Positions 34,105-47,074 of a DNA stretch of 64,000 nt are shown in pieces. The stretch lies in contig JAGRLG010000024.1 in the NCBI GenBank assembly GCA_020441905.1, positions 17,308 through 81,307 of the forward strand, read 5' to 3'. This stretch comes from Rhodobiaceae bacterium. GTDB taxonomy: Bacteria > Pseudomonadota > Alphaproteobacteria > Rhizobiales > NORP267. Numbering within the stretch: the first letter of the stretch is position 1; every line of letters begins with the position of its first letter. The notes below the pieces were generated by a model, which searched no databases, was not told the origin of the DNA, and was given only the letters and a program-made list of their open reading frames with translations. The translations under genes and the position numbers were made by a program.

Positions 34105-34386
34105 TCAGTAATAGAAGGTCCGCAGGATGAACTGCTGCACGAAATAGATGATCAGCAGCAGGATGATCGGCGAAATGTCGATGCCGCCGAGATTGGGCAG
34201 CAGGTTGCGGATTGGCCGCAATGCCGGCTCGGTCAGCCGGTTGAGCGTGTCGGCGACGAGATAGACGAAGCGGTTGCGGGTATCGACGATCCCGAAGGCG
34301 ATCAGCCAGCTCATCACCGCCGAGGCGATGATGATCCACCAATAGAGCTGGAGAACCAGCAACACGACATCGAAAATTGCCAACAT
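34105..34386 (-). CDS. YggT-family membrane protein
   Basis: 93 aa, two TM segments, LQLYWWIIIASAVMSWL...TEPALRPIRNLLPNLGGIDISPI signature. Confidence 0.85.
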   Translation of the reverse strand: MLAIFDVVLLVLQLYWWIIIASAVMSWLIAFGIVDTRNRFVYLVADTLNRLTEPALRPIRNLLPNLGGIDISPIILLLIIYFVQQFILRTFYY

Positions 34387-34557
34387 GCCCTATCCCCCGC
34401 GGGTCCCTGGAGCCAACAGCCCTCTCATGTACCCGCCGCGGGCGGCCGCCGCAAGCACGCAGCGGGGCAAATGCGCCAGGCCGTGCCATCTTTCTTGACA
34501 GCCATCATGGCCGCCCACTAAATACCGCCCAGCGCGCCACACGCCCTGGCGCGCCTT

Positions 34558-34633
<76 letters not shown>

Positions 34634-34735
34634 ATCTTCTCGAATTTCCTATTTGAGATTGATCGATGATCCTGGCCGGGCGCCAGCCGGCCCACCGGAC
34701 GGGGCACCGGCCGCGGGCGGATTTGGGCCAGTGCC

Positions 34736-38057
<3,322 letters not shown>

Positions 38058-38229
38058 TTGCAAAAAAGGTGTCCCCGCGTGGCCGCGATCGGCCGCGCGG
38101 GGGTCTATCCAGCCCCGCCCGCAAGCGGCGCACGACAGTGGCCAGCCGGCCCGGCAGGCTAAAAAAGCGGCAGAATCCGGGCGAAATAGTTCTTGCGCGC
38201 CTGCGGGCGTGCTGCCACCATCTGGAGGC

Positions 38230-39657
38230 ATGAGGGGAAAAATCCCATTTTTTGACGAAATGAATGGCAATGGCGAGGGGCCGCGCGAACCCTATTGCGA
38301 ATATTGCCGATGGTTCGCCGGCGAGGATCCGGCCCGCCTGCGCAAGAAGACGCAAGAGGCGGAAACCTTCTTCCGCCGCACCGGCATCACCTTCAATGTC
38401 TACGGCCAGGAAGAGGCGGCGGAGCGTCTCATCCCCTTTGACATCGTGCCCCATATCATTTCCGACCGCGAATGGGCGCGCCTCGCCCGCGGCATCGAGC
38501 AGCGCGTGCGCGCCATCAACGCCTTCCTCCACGACATCTATCACCGCCAGGAAATTCTCCTCGCCGGCCGCATTCCGGTCGACCTGATTTCCAACAACGA
38601 GGCCTGGCTGCCGCAGATGGTCGGCGTCTCGCCCCCCGGCGGCATCTACACCCATATTGTCGGCGTCGATATCGTGCGCACCGGCGAGAACGAGTTCTTC
38701 GTTCTGGAGGACAATGCGCGCACGCCCTCCGGGGTGTCCTACATGCTGGAAAACCGGGAAACCATGCTGCATATGTTTCCCGGCCTGTTCTCGCGCATCA
38801 AGGTGCGCGAGGTCAGCGACTATCCCAAGAAGCTGCGCCGCTCGCTCGCCGCCTGCGCGCCCGCCGGCGCCGCTGATCCGCCGGTGGTGGCGGTGCTGAC
38901 GCCGGGCATCCACAATTCGGCCTATTTCGAGCACTCCTTCCTCGCCGACCAGATGGGGGTCGAACTGGTCGAGGGCCACGATCTGAGCGTGGTCGAGGGC
39001 CGCATCGCCATGCGCACCACCCAGGGCTTCACCCCCATCGACGTGCTCTACCGGCGCATTGACGACGATTATCTCGATCCGCTGTGCTTCAACCCCGATT
39101 CGATGCTCGGCGTCCCCGGCATCATGGACGCCTATCGCGCCGGCAACATCACTATCGCCAATGCGCCGGGGGCGGGCATTTCCGACGACAAGGCGATCTA
39201 TTCCTACATGCCCGAGATCGTCGAGTTCTACACCGGCGAGAAGGCCATTCTCTCCAATGTGCCGACCTGGCGCTGCTCGGACGCTGACGCCCTCGCCTAT
39301 GTGCTGGAACATCTGGGCGAACTGGTGGTCAAGGAGGTCCATGGCTCGGGCGGCTATGGCATGCTGGTCGGCCCCGCCGCCAGCAAGAAGGAAATCGCCG
39401 CCTTTGCCGCCAAGCTGAAGGCCCGGCCAGCAAATTATATCGCCCAGCCCACCCTGGCCTTGTCCACGGTGCCGATCCTGACCCGCAGCGGCCTGGCGCC
39501 GCGCCATGTCGATCTGCGCCCCTTCGTGCTGGCCTCGCCAAGCCGCATCGACATCACCCCCGGCGGCCTGACAAGGGTAGCGCTGAAGGCCGGATCGCTG
39601 GTCGTCAATTCCAGCCAGGGCGGCGGCACCAAGGACACCTGGGTGCTGGAGGAGTAA
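38230..39657 (+). CDS. Circularly permuted ATP-grasp type 2 protein
   Basis: FDEM...PREPY...FFRRTGITFNVYG...IPFDIVPHIIS...WARL..GI.QRVRAINAFL.DIY pattern. Start is uncertain: GTG 38209 or ATG 38230. It is the first gene of the four-gene cassette. Confidence 0.85.
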   Translation: MRGKIPFFDEMNGNGEGPREPYCEYCRWFAGEDPARLRKKTQEAETFFRRTGITFNVYGQEEAAERLIPFDIVPHIISDREWARLARGIEQRVRAINAFLHDIYHRQEILLAGRIPVDLISNNEAWLPQMVGVSPPGGIYTHIVGVDIVRTGENEFFVLEDNARTPSGVSYMLENRETMLHMFPGLFSRIKVREVSDYPKKLRRSLAACAPAGAADPPVVAVLTPGIHNSAYFEHSFLADQMGVELVEGHDLSVVEGRIAMRTTQGFTPIDVLYRRIDDDYLDPLCFNPDSMLGVPGIMDAYRAGNITIANAPGAGISDDKAIYSYMPEIVEFYTGEKAILSNVPTWRCSDADALAYVLEHLGELVVKEVHGSGGYGMLVGPAASKKEIAAFAAKLKARPANYIAQPTLALSTVPILTRSGLAPRHVDLRPFVLASPSRIDITPGGLTRVALKAGSLVVNSSQGGGTKDTWVLEE

Positions 39658-39661
39658 CGCC

Positions 39662-40603
39662 ATGCTGGGCAAGACCGCACGCGGCCTGTTCTGGATGTTC
39701 CGCTATCTCGAGCGCAGCGAGAATACCGCGCGCCTGGTCGATGCCGGTTTCCGTATCGCGCTGACCCGCTCGGCCGCCGCCAGCGACGAATGGTCCTCCA
39801 TTGTCACCACCGCCGGGGTTCGCGAAGCCTATCTGGAAAAACACAGCCAGTTCGCAGCCGCTCCGGTCATCGATTTTCTGCTTCGCGACCGTTCCAACTC
39901 TTCCAGCGTGATGTCGGTCGTCGATGCCGCCCGCGCCAATGCGCGCATGGTGCGCACGGCGCTGACCCGCGAGGTCTGGGAAGCCACCAACGAGTGCTGG
40001 ATCACGCTCAAGGACCTTCTCGCCCGCCAGGTCGCGGAAACCGACCTGCCCGATGTCCTGGCCGTTATCCGCCGGCAGAGCGCGCTGGTGCGCGGCGCCC
40101 TGCATGGCACCATGCTGCGCAACGATATCTACGATTTCGCCCGCATCGGCACCTTCGTCGAACGCGCCGACAACACCGCCCGCATTCTCGACGTCAAATA
40201 TTATGTGCTGCTGCCTTCGGTTTCCCATGTCGGCTCGTCCCTCGACAACGTCCAATGGGAAACCATTCTGCGCTCGGTATCGGCCCAGCGTGCCTATCGC
40301 TGGATCAGCGGCGGCACCGCCAGCCCCATGGGTATCGCCGAGTTGCTGATCCTCGACCGGCGCATGCCGCGCTCGCTCGCCTTTTGCACCGCCCAGCTGC
40401 GTGAAAATCTGGCGTTCCTGGCCGACGACTATGGCGCCGCCCTGCCTTGCCACGATCTTGCCGAGGGCATTTACCGCGACCTGATCGACCGCTCGATCGA
40501 GTCGATTTTCGACAGCCGGCTGCATGACTTCCTCGGCGAGTTCATTCGCCGCAACAACGAGCTTGGTGCCCGCATCGAGCACGACTACCGGTTCTACGGA
40601 TAG
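39662..40603 (+). CDS. Alpha-E domain protein (DUF403)
   Basis: MLGKTARGLFWMFRYLERSENTARLVD is the typical alpha-E N-terminus. It starts 4 nt after the ATP-grasp stop. Confidence 0.85.
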   Translation: MLGKTARGLFWMFRYLERSENTARLVDAGFRIALTRSAAASDEWSSIVTTAGVREAYLEKHSQFAAAPVIDFLLRDRSNSSSVMSVVDAARANARMVRTALTREVWEATNECWITLKDLLARQVAETDLPDVLAVIRRQSALVRGALHGTMLRNDIYDFARIGTFVERADNTARILDVKYYVLLPSVSHVGSSLDNVQWETILRSVSAQRAYRWISGGTASPMGIAELLILDRRMPRSLAFCTAQLRENLAFLADDYGAALPCHDLAEGIYRDLIDRSIESIFDSRLHDFLGEFIRRNNELGARIEHDYRFYG

Positions 40604-40606
40604 CCC

Positions 40607-41407
40607 ATGCGCCTCAGGATTACCCACCGCACCGAATATGCTTATGACGGCCCGCTGGCCTATGCGCTCCAGGAATTGCGGCTGAGGCCGAAGTCGTCCC
40701 ACGGGCAGAACGTGATTTCCTGGTCTACCACGGTCGATGGCGGCAGCAAGGAGCTGGAATTCCACGACCAGCACAACAATCATGTCGAATTGATCAGCTT
40801 CAATCCCGGCGGCCGCGCCATTTCCGTGCTCAGCGCCGGCGAGGTCGAAACTTCCGATACCGCCGGCCTGTTCGGCCGCCATGGCGGCTATGCGCCGTTG
40901 TGGTATTTCAATCGCATCACCGATCGCACCCGGCCTGGTCCCCATACGCGCAAGATCGTCAAGGCGCTGGGGCAGGAATTCGCCGACGATATCTCGCGCC
41001 TGCACGCGCTTTCCGCCGCCATCGCGCGCCAGGTGTCCTACCTGCCCGGCGTCACCGATGCGACGACGCTGGCGGAGGAAGCGCTGGAGGCCGGCAAGGG
41101 CGTATGCCAGGATCACGCCCATATCTTCATCGCCGCGGCCCGGCTGATGGGCTTTCCGGCGCGCTATGTCAGCGGCTATCTGATGATGGACGACCGGCCC
41201 GAACAGGAGGCCAGCCACGCCTGGGCCGAGGCCCATATCGACGCATTGGGCTGGGTCGGGTTTGACATCTCCAACGGCATTTCGCCCGATGAGCGCTATG
41301 TGCGCGTCGCCACCGGCCTCGACTATGGCGAAGCGGCCCCGGTATCGGGCATCACCCGCGGCACCAACGCCGAATCAATGATTGTCACCCTGCAGGTGCA
41401 ACAGTAA
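40607..41407 (+). CDS. Transglutaminase-family protein
   Basis: MRLRITHRTEYAYDGP (bacterial transglutaminase N-domain). Cys-His-Asp core: GKGVCQDHAHIF, ASHAWAEA, WVGFDISNG. Confidence 0.85.
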   Translation: MRLRITHRTEYAYDGPLAYALQELRLRPKSSHGQNVISWSTTVDGGSKELEFHDQHNNHVELISFNPGGRAISVLSAGEVETSDTAGLFGRHGGYAPLWYFNRITDRTRPGPHTRKIVKALGQEFADDISRLHALSAAIARQVSYLPGVTDATTLAEEALEAGKGVCQDHAHIFIAAARLMGFPARYVSGYLMMDDRPEQEASHAWAEAHIDALGWVGFDISNGISPDERYVRVATGLDYGEAAPVSGITRGTNAESMIVTLQVQQ

Positions 41408-41441
41408 CGTGCCGGTCTGAATTCGGCTGGAGTGGCATTTC

Positions 41442-42173
41442 ATGACCTATTGCGTCGGCCTGCGCCTCAACTCGGGGTTGGTCTTCATGTCCGACACCCG
41501 CACCAATGCGGGCGTCGACAATGTGTCCGTGTTCAGGAAGATGTTCACCTGGAACCAGCCCGGCGAGCGCGTCATCACCATGCTGACCGCCGGAAATCTG
41601 GCCACCACCCAGAGCGTCGTCAGCCTGCTCGACGAGCGCGCCAAGATTCCCGCCGAGCGCAAGCCCTCGATCCTCGAGGCGCCGACCATGCTGCAAGTCG
41701 CGCAGCTTGTCGGCGAAACCTTGCGCGAGACGATCCATGCCAATGCGGCAAGCGGCCAGAACGCCGATTCCACCTTCAACGCCACCATCATTCTCGGCGG
41801 TCAGATCGGCACCATGCAGCCGCGCCTGTTTCTCATCTACCCGGAAGGCAATTTCATCGAATCGACCGCCGACACGCCGTTCTTCCAGATCGGTGAAACC
41901 AAATATGGCCGTCCGATCCTGGTCCGCGCCTATGAGCCCGGCATGAGTTTTGAAGATGCCGTCAAGCTGCTGCTGGTCTCCTTCGATTCCACCATCAAGG
42001 CCAATCTTTCCGTCGGCCTGCCGCTCGACCTTCTGGTCTATGAGAACGACACCCTCAAGATCGGCCATGAAAAGCGCTTCGGGATCGACGATCCCTATTA
42101 CCAGCAGATCTCGACCGGCTGGGGCGAGGCGCTCAAACAGGCCTTTCACTCCTTGCCCGATTTCAGCTTCTGA
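41442..42173 (+). CDS. Proteasome-type protease, Anbu family
   Basis: MTYCVGLRLNSGLVFMSDTRTNAG has Thr directly after the initiator Met, with no propeptide. Ntn-hydrolase beta-subunit-like body. It is the last gene of the ATP-grasp/alpha-E/transglutaminase cassette. Confidence 0.8.
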   Translation: MTYCVGLRLNSGLVFMSDTRTNAGVDNVSVFRKMFTWNQPGERVITMLTAGNLATTQSVVSLLDERAKIPAERKPSILEAPTMLQVAQLVGETLRETIHANAASGQNADSTFNATIILGGQIGTMQPRLFLIYPEGNFIESTADTPFFQIGETKYGRPILVRAYEPGMSFEDAVKLLLVSFDSTIKANLSVGLPLDLLVYENDTLKIGHEKRFGIDDPYYQQISTGWGEALKQAFHSLPDFSF

Positions 42174-42545
42174 GTCCGCCGCCGCGGCCAAGGCGACAAG
42201 CGCCGGGCCGGAATTTCCCGTTCGGGCCGATCGCCGGTTTTTTGAGGAAGAGGGACGGAGAAGGATGGCGGCAGCGAAATGGGGGTCGTCTTGCCCCCAT
42301 CCTTCATCCGAACTAAAGCTGACTACGCACGACCTGAACGTCAGCTGGGTCCAGTAAACCGCAAAGATCTTGCCATTCCGTGAAACCAGATATTCTCAAT
42401 ATATTGCGGCCCCGCGACAGTTGAATCTCAATATATTGTGGTGCCGGAGCAACCAGCGGCCATCGCCTTTTGCAAATTGCGAAAGCGCCGCCAAGACCCC
42501 TGCCGGACCTTGAAAATTTTTCCCCGATAGGGCGCCCAATAGCTG

Positions 42546-43235
42546 TCAGGCAGGCACCATCCAGTGCTCCAGGAAATGCTCCAGCCAGGCTTTGTTGGCG
42601 GCGTCGTATACGAAGCGCTCGGCGAAATGTTCGCCCATCGGGCGGGCGCCGGGCAGGCCAAACCGGTGGGCACCGCGCACCGTCCAGCGATGCATCATGG
42701 CCAGCGTCAGCTCGGGATGAAACTGCACGCCGAAGGCTGAAGGGCCGTAGCGGAACGCCTGTACCGGGAACTGGTCGCCCTCGGCGAGCAGTTCGGCGCC
42801 GCGCGGCAGCTCTATGCCCTCGACATGCCATTGATAGACCTTGTCCGGCCAATGGCCGAGGCGCTGCCCGGCGCTGGTAGGGCGCAGCGGATAATAGCCG
42901 ACCTCGACGCAGCCTTGGGGATGGGCGCGCACCCTGGCGCCAAGCTGGCGCGCCATCATCTGGGCGCCAAGACAAATGCCGAGCAGGGGCGCCTCTTCGC
43001 GCAGGGCAACCGAAATCCAGTCGGTTTCGGCGCGCACATAGTCGTCGCCGTCATTGGCGCTCATCGGCCCGCCGAAGATGATGGCTCCGGCATGCCCGGC
43101 CAGGGTTTCGGGCAGCGGGTCGCCAAAGCGCGGGCGGCGGATATCGAGTTGGCAGCCCCTGGCCTGAAGCACCTGGCCGACCCGGCCGGGACTGGATCCC
43201 TCCTGGTGGAGGATAATCAGGACCCGCCGGCTCAC
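42546..43235 (-). CDS. Class I glutamine amidotransferase
   Basis: GTG start. LLGICLGAQMMA nucleophile Cys motif and FGVQFHPE His/Glu motif. Confidence 0.8.
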   Translation of the reverse strand: MSRRVLIILHQEGSSPGRVGQVLQARGCQLDIRRPRFGDPLPETLAGHAGAIIFGGPMSANDGDDYVRAETDWISVALREEAPLLGICLGAQMMARQLGARVRAHPQGCVEVGYYPLRPTSAGQRLGHWPDKVYQWHVEGIELPRGAELLAEGDQFPVQAFRYGPSAFGVQFHPELTLAMMHRWTVRGAHRFGLPGARPMGEHFAERFVYDAANKAWLEHFLEHWMVPA

Positions 43236-43280
43236 GGCGACAGGGCCAAGGCGGCGCCGTGCCGCAATAGGGGAGAAAAA

Positions 43281-43739
43281 TCACTCATCGCGCGCCCGCG
43301 CCACCTGGCGCTTGAGGCGCAGCCGGTCCTCGCGCGACACCGCGAGCAGCTCGGCGACGCGCCACACCAGATTGTCCTCGAATTCATGGACCTCGCCATC
43401 GGCGTAAACGATCTCCCACAGCATCTCCACGCAGCGCACCCGTGCCTTGGCATCGAGCGCACGCTTGAGCACGCTGGTGAAGTTGTAAAGATCCACCGCC
43501 TCATTGTCCTTGGCCCGGGCTTCGGCCACCAGCTCGCGCGTCTCTTCTTCCGACAGGCTGAATTCGCCGGCCAGCAATTGGCGGATCTTGGCCCGTTCCA
43601 CGTCGTCGATGACGCCATCGATGGCAACGGCATGGACCAGCAGCGCGGCAATCGCCAGCCGGTGGTCGCTGTCCTCGAAATGTGGCTGCGGCTTGGCCTG
43701 GCCAAGCCCGGCGAATAATTGGCGCAAGGAGTCAAGCAT
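43281..43739 (-). CDS. TerB-family (tellurite-resistance-like) protein
   Basis: Start ATG at 43739 (MLDSLRQLF). AAL.VHA...DG..D..E...I and ...W.I.YADG..HEFE... are duplicated TerB helices. Confidence 0.65.
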   Translation of the reverse strand: MLDSLRQLFAGLGQAKPQPHFEDSDHRLAIAALLVHAVAIDGVIDDVERAKIRQLLAGEFSLSEEETRELVAEARAKDNEAVDLYNFTSVLKRALDAKARVRCVEMLWEIVYADGEVHEFEDNLVWRVAELLAVSREDRLRLKRQVARARDE

Positions 43740-43877
43740 CGGGTCGGGCGGCATTCCATGGCGGGACAACGGATCGTGACAGTCTAGCGCCGCCGCGGCC
43801 GATGGCAAATCGCCAACTGCGGCGCGCCGGCGCGGGGGGTGGCGAAATATTGCTCGAATTAAAATAGTTCTTATCTG

Positions 43878-43907
43878 TTGACCATTGATCAGCACTATGC
43901 GCATAAT
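43878..43907 (+). promoter_or_regulatory. Candidate sigma-70-type promoter of the gentisate operon
   Basis: TTGACC (43878-43883), N18, CATAAT (43902-43907) in an AT-rich spacer about 117 nt upstream of ATG 44025. Confidence 0.35.
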
Positions 43908-44024
43908 ACTGACGAATTGGCGGCGAACGGCGGCGTGCGGCCGGGCGCGTCACACAGGCGTCCATCAGCAGACGCATCGATCAACAGGCGCATCAATCAA
44001 CAGGCGCACCGAAAGAGGCAAGAT

Positions 44025-45221
44025 ATGTCGGACGGGAAAATCCTCATTTCAGGAGGCGGAATTGGCGGTTTTGCCGCCGCCCTGGCCCTGAGCCAGAAGG
44101 GCCGGGCGGTCCATCTCATCGAGCAGGCACCCGACTACAGCGAGGTCGGCGCCGGCATCCAGATCGGCCCCAATGTCTTCAAGATGTTCGAGGTGCTGGG
44201 CCTTACCGACGCAATCATGGATGTCGCCGTCATTCCCGATGCGCTGGTGATGATGGACGGCCTCAACGGCCAGCAGATCACCCGCATTCCGCTCAACAAC
44301 GAGGAATTCTATTCCCGTTTCAAATACCCCTATGGCGTCATTTACCGCCCCGACCTCCACAATGCCCTGATCGAAGCCGCCAAGGCCTCGCCCCTGGTCG
44401 AACTCACGGTCAACCAGAAGGTCGTTGATTTCGAGGATGACGGCAGCAAGGTCCGCGCCATTTGCGAGAGCGGCAAGATCTTCGAGGGCGACGCCCTGAT
44501 CGCCGCCGACGGGCTGTGGTCGAAGATCCGCGCCAAGATCGTCGGCGACGGCAAGCCGCGCGTCTCCGGCCATATCGCCTACCGCGCCGTTCTGCCGACC
44601 CCCGAGGTGCCCGAGCATCTGCGCAAGAAGGAAGTCATCCTGTGGGCCGGGCCGAAAACCCATCTCGTCCATTATCCGCTTCATCGCGGCGAGATCTTCA
44701 ATCTTGTCGCCGTGTTCCACTCCGACCGTTACGAAGAAGGATGGGACGTTTTCGGCGACACCGAGGAACTCAAGCAGCGCTTTGCCGGCGAGCACGAGAA
44801 CGTCCAGATCATGCTCGACAAGATCGACACCTGGAAGATGTGGGTGCTGTGCGACCGCGAGCCGGTCAGGAACTGGACCAAGGGCCGTGTTACCCTGCTC
44901 GGCGACGCCGCCCATCCGATGCTGCAATATCTGGCTCAAGGAGCCTGCATGGCGATCGAGGACGCAGTCTGCCTCGCCGACCGTCTCGACACCCATAAGG
45001 GCGATTACGGCACCGCCTTCATCGACTATCAGAATTCGCGCTATCTGCGCACCGGCCGCGTGCAGCTCACCGCCCGCGTCTATGGCGATTTCTACCATGC
45101 CGCCGGGGTTACCGGCGAATTGCGCACCAAGATGCTTTCCCAGCGCACCCCGCAGCAGGCCTATGACGGCATGCGCTGGCTCTATGAGGGAATCGAGGTC
45201 ACCGGCGCCCAGAAAATGTGA
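44025..45221 (+). CDS. FAD-dependent aromatic hydroxylase, 3-hydroxybenzoate 6-hydroxylase-like
   Basis: ILISGGGIGGFAAALAL (GxGxxG), DALIAADGLWS and LLGDAAHPMLQYLAQGACMAIEDA motifs. It lies directly upstream of gentisate dioxygenase. Substrate assignment rests on context only. Confidence 0.75.
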   Translation: MSDGKILISGGGIGGFAAALALSQKGRAVHLIEQAPDYSEVGAGIQIGPNVFKMFEVLGLTDAIMDVAVIPDALVMMDGLNGQQITRIPLNNEEFYSRFKYPYGVIYRPDLHNALIEAAKASPLVELTVNQKVVDFEDDGSKVRAICESGKIFEGDALIAADGLWSKIRAKIVGDGKPRVSGHIAYRAVLPTPEVPEHLRKKEVILWAGPKTHLVHYPLHRGEIFNLVAVFHSDRYEEGWDVFGDTEELKQRFAGEHENVQIMLDKIDTWKMWVLCDREPVRNWTKGRVTLLGDAAHPMLQYLAQGACMAIEDAVCLADRLDTHKGDYGTAFIDYQNSRYLRTGRVQLTARVYGDFYHAAGVTGELRTKMLSQRTPQQAYDGMRWLYEGIEVTGAQKM

Positions 45222-45269
45222 CACGCCGGCAAGAAAGAAACGCAAAACCGACAGCGGAGCGAAACACCC

Positions 45270-46322
45270 ATGTCCCTGACCAAAGCCCCCGAAGACACCC
45301 CCGAGCGCCGGGCCTATAGGGAAAAGATAGCCCGTCAGAATCTCAGTCCCCTGTGGACCGTGCTGTCCGATCTCATCACTCCGGAACCCAAGAGCGCCTG
45401 CCGTCCCCATATGTGGCGCTACGGCGAAGTGCGCGATACCCTGATGGAGGCCGGCAGGCTGATTACCGCGAGGGAAGCGGAGCGGCGCGTCCTCATTCTC
45501 GAAAATCCAGGCATGCCCGGCGAGTCCAGGGTCACCACCTCGCTTTATGCCGGCCTCCAGCTGGTCCTGCCGGGCGAGATCGCGCCCTCCCACCGCCACA
45601 GCCAGTCGGCGCTGCGTTTCGTCATGGAAGGCAGCGGCGGCGCCCATACCTCGGTCAATGGCGAGAAAACCTATCTCAATGTCGGCGACTTCGTGATCAC
45701 GCCGCCCAATTGCTGGCACGACCACGGCAATGAGTCCGGTGACCCGGTGATCTGGCTCGACGGCCTCGACGTTCCCATGGTCCAGACCTTCGACACCTCC
45801 TTCGCTGAACCGCTTGGCGCCGACGAGCAGCCCATCGACAAGCCGGTCGGCTATTCCAACGCCCGCTACGGCGCCAATCTCATGCCCGTCGATTACGACG
45901 ACACCACATTGACCTCGCCGATCTTCTCCTATCCCTATTCCCGCACCCGCGAGGCACTGGAGGAAATGCGGGCCAAGGAGGAATGGGATCCCTGCCACGG
46001 GCTGAAAATGAGATACGCCAATCCCAAGGATGGCGGTTTCGCCATGCCGACCATCGGCACTTTCGTCCAGCTTCTGCCCAAGGGCTTCAGCAGCGCCCGC
46101 TACCGTTCCACCGACGCCGCGGTGATCGTGCCCGTCGAGGGCAAGGGGCGCAGCCGCATCGGCGAGCAGACCTTCGAATGGGGTCCGCAGGACATTCTGG
46201 TCGTCCCCAGCTGGGCCTGGTGCCACCATGAAGCAGACGAGGACGCAGTGCTGTTCTCCTTTTCCGACCGGCCGGCGCAACTGAAGCTCGGCTATTGGCG
46301 CGAGGATCGCGGCAACGCCTGA
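45270..46322 (+). CDS. Gentisate 1,2-dioxygenase (bicupin)
   Basis: NLSPLWTVL..., ILENPG..., PGEIAPSHRHSQSALRFVMEGSG and ITPPNCWHDHGNES are typical of GDO. Confidence 0.85.
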   Translation: MSLTKAPEDTPERRAYREKIARQNLSPLWTVLSDLITPEPKSACRPHMWRYGEVRDTLMEAGRLITAREAERRVLILENPGMPGESRVTTSLYAGLQLVLPGEIAPSHRHSQSALRFVMEGSGGAHTSVNGEKTYLNVGDFVITPPNCWHDHGNESGDPVIWLDGLDVPMVQTFDTSFAEPLGADEQPIDKPVGYSNARYGANLMPVDYDDTTLTSPIFSYPYSRTREALEEMRAKEEWDPCHGLKMRYANPKDGGFAMPTIGTFVQLLPKGFSSARYRSTDAAVIVPVEGKGRSRIGEQTFEWGPQDILVVPSWAWCHHEADEDAVLFSFSDRPAQLKLGYWREDRGNA

Positions 46323-46333
46323 CAAGGACAAAC

Positions 46334-47059
46334 ATGACCATGACCACCGATACCGCCGCCCAGAATTTCGTCATCGCGCCGCCCGCCGTCTCCAGCGTTG
46401 CCATTGCCGGCACCGAGGCGCGTTTTCCGATCCGCCGCATCTTCTGCGTCGGCCGCAACTATGCCGCCCATGCCCGCGAGATGGGCAAGGATCCCGATCG
46501 CGATCCGCCGTTCTTCTTCACCAAGCCCGCCGATTCGGTGGTCGATAACGGCGCCGCTGTGCCCTATCCGCCGCTGACCCGGAACTTCCACTACGAGATC
46601 GAGCTCGTGCTGGCGATCGGCAAGGGCGGATTCAATATTCCGGCAAGCAAGGCGCTCGATCACGTCTATGGCTATGCCGTCGGCATCGACCTGACCCGCC
46701 GCGACCTCCAGCTCGCCGCCCGCGACGCCGGGCGGCCCTGGGACTGGGGCAAGGCCTTCGACCTCTCCGCGCCCTGCGCGCCATTGCACCGCGCCGCCGA
46801 GATCGGCCACCCGCAAAAGGGGCGCATCTGGCTCGCCGTCAATGGCCAGGTCAAGCAGGACGCCGACATCGCCGATCTGATCTGGAACGTGCCGGAGATC
46901 GTGTCCATCCTCTCCGAAGCGGTCGAACTCAAACCCGGCGATCTGGTCTATACCGGCACGCCGGCGGGGGTTGGCGCCATCGTTGCCGGCGACAAGGTGA
47001 CCGGCGGCATCGACGGTCTTGGCGATATAGAAATCACCATCGCGCCGCCGCGCGGATAG
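46334..47059 (+). CDS. Fumarylacetoacetate-hydrolase-family protein (fumaryl-/maleylpyruvate hydrolase candidate)
   Basis: Start ATG 46334 after AAGGA. IFCVGRNYAAHAREMG, HYEIELVLAIGK and GDLVYTGTPAGVG are FAH-fold motifs. Confidence 0.8.
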   Translation: MTMTTDTAAQNFVIAPPAVSSVAIAGTEARFPIRRIFCVGRNYAAHAREMGKDPDRDPPFFFTKPADSVVDNGAAVPYPPLTRNFHYEIELVLAIGKGGFNIPASKALDHVYGYAVGIDLTRRDLQLAARDAGRPWDWGKAFDLSAPCAPLHRAAEIGHPQKGRIWLAVNGQVKQDADIADLIWNVPEIVSILSEAVELKPGDLVYTGTPAGVGAIVAGDKVTGGIDGLGDIEITIAPPRG

Positions 47060-47074
47060 GTTCAGGAGCGGGCA

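Noticed and set aside
42205-42243. Intrinsic terminator after the Anbu gene, suggested by the T6 run at 42238-42243
   Set aside because: I could not find a stem longer than about 4 bp immediately upstream of the T-run.
42265-42357. 30-codon ORF MAAAKWGSSCPHPSSELKLTTHDLNVSWVQ in the convergent spacer
   Set aside because: It has no family resemblance. Its codon usage is unlike neighbouring genes, and it overlaps a strong hairpin. It is treated as non-coding.
44049-46331. 760-aa minus-strand ORF
   Set aside because: It is antisense to the hydroxylase and gentisate dioxygenase genes, so it is a shadow ORF.
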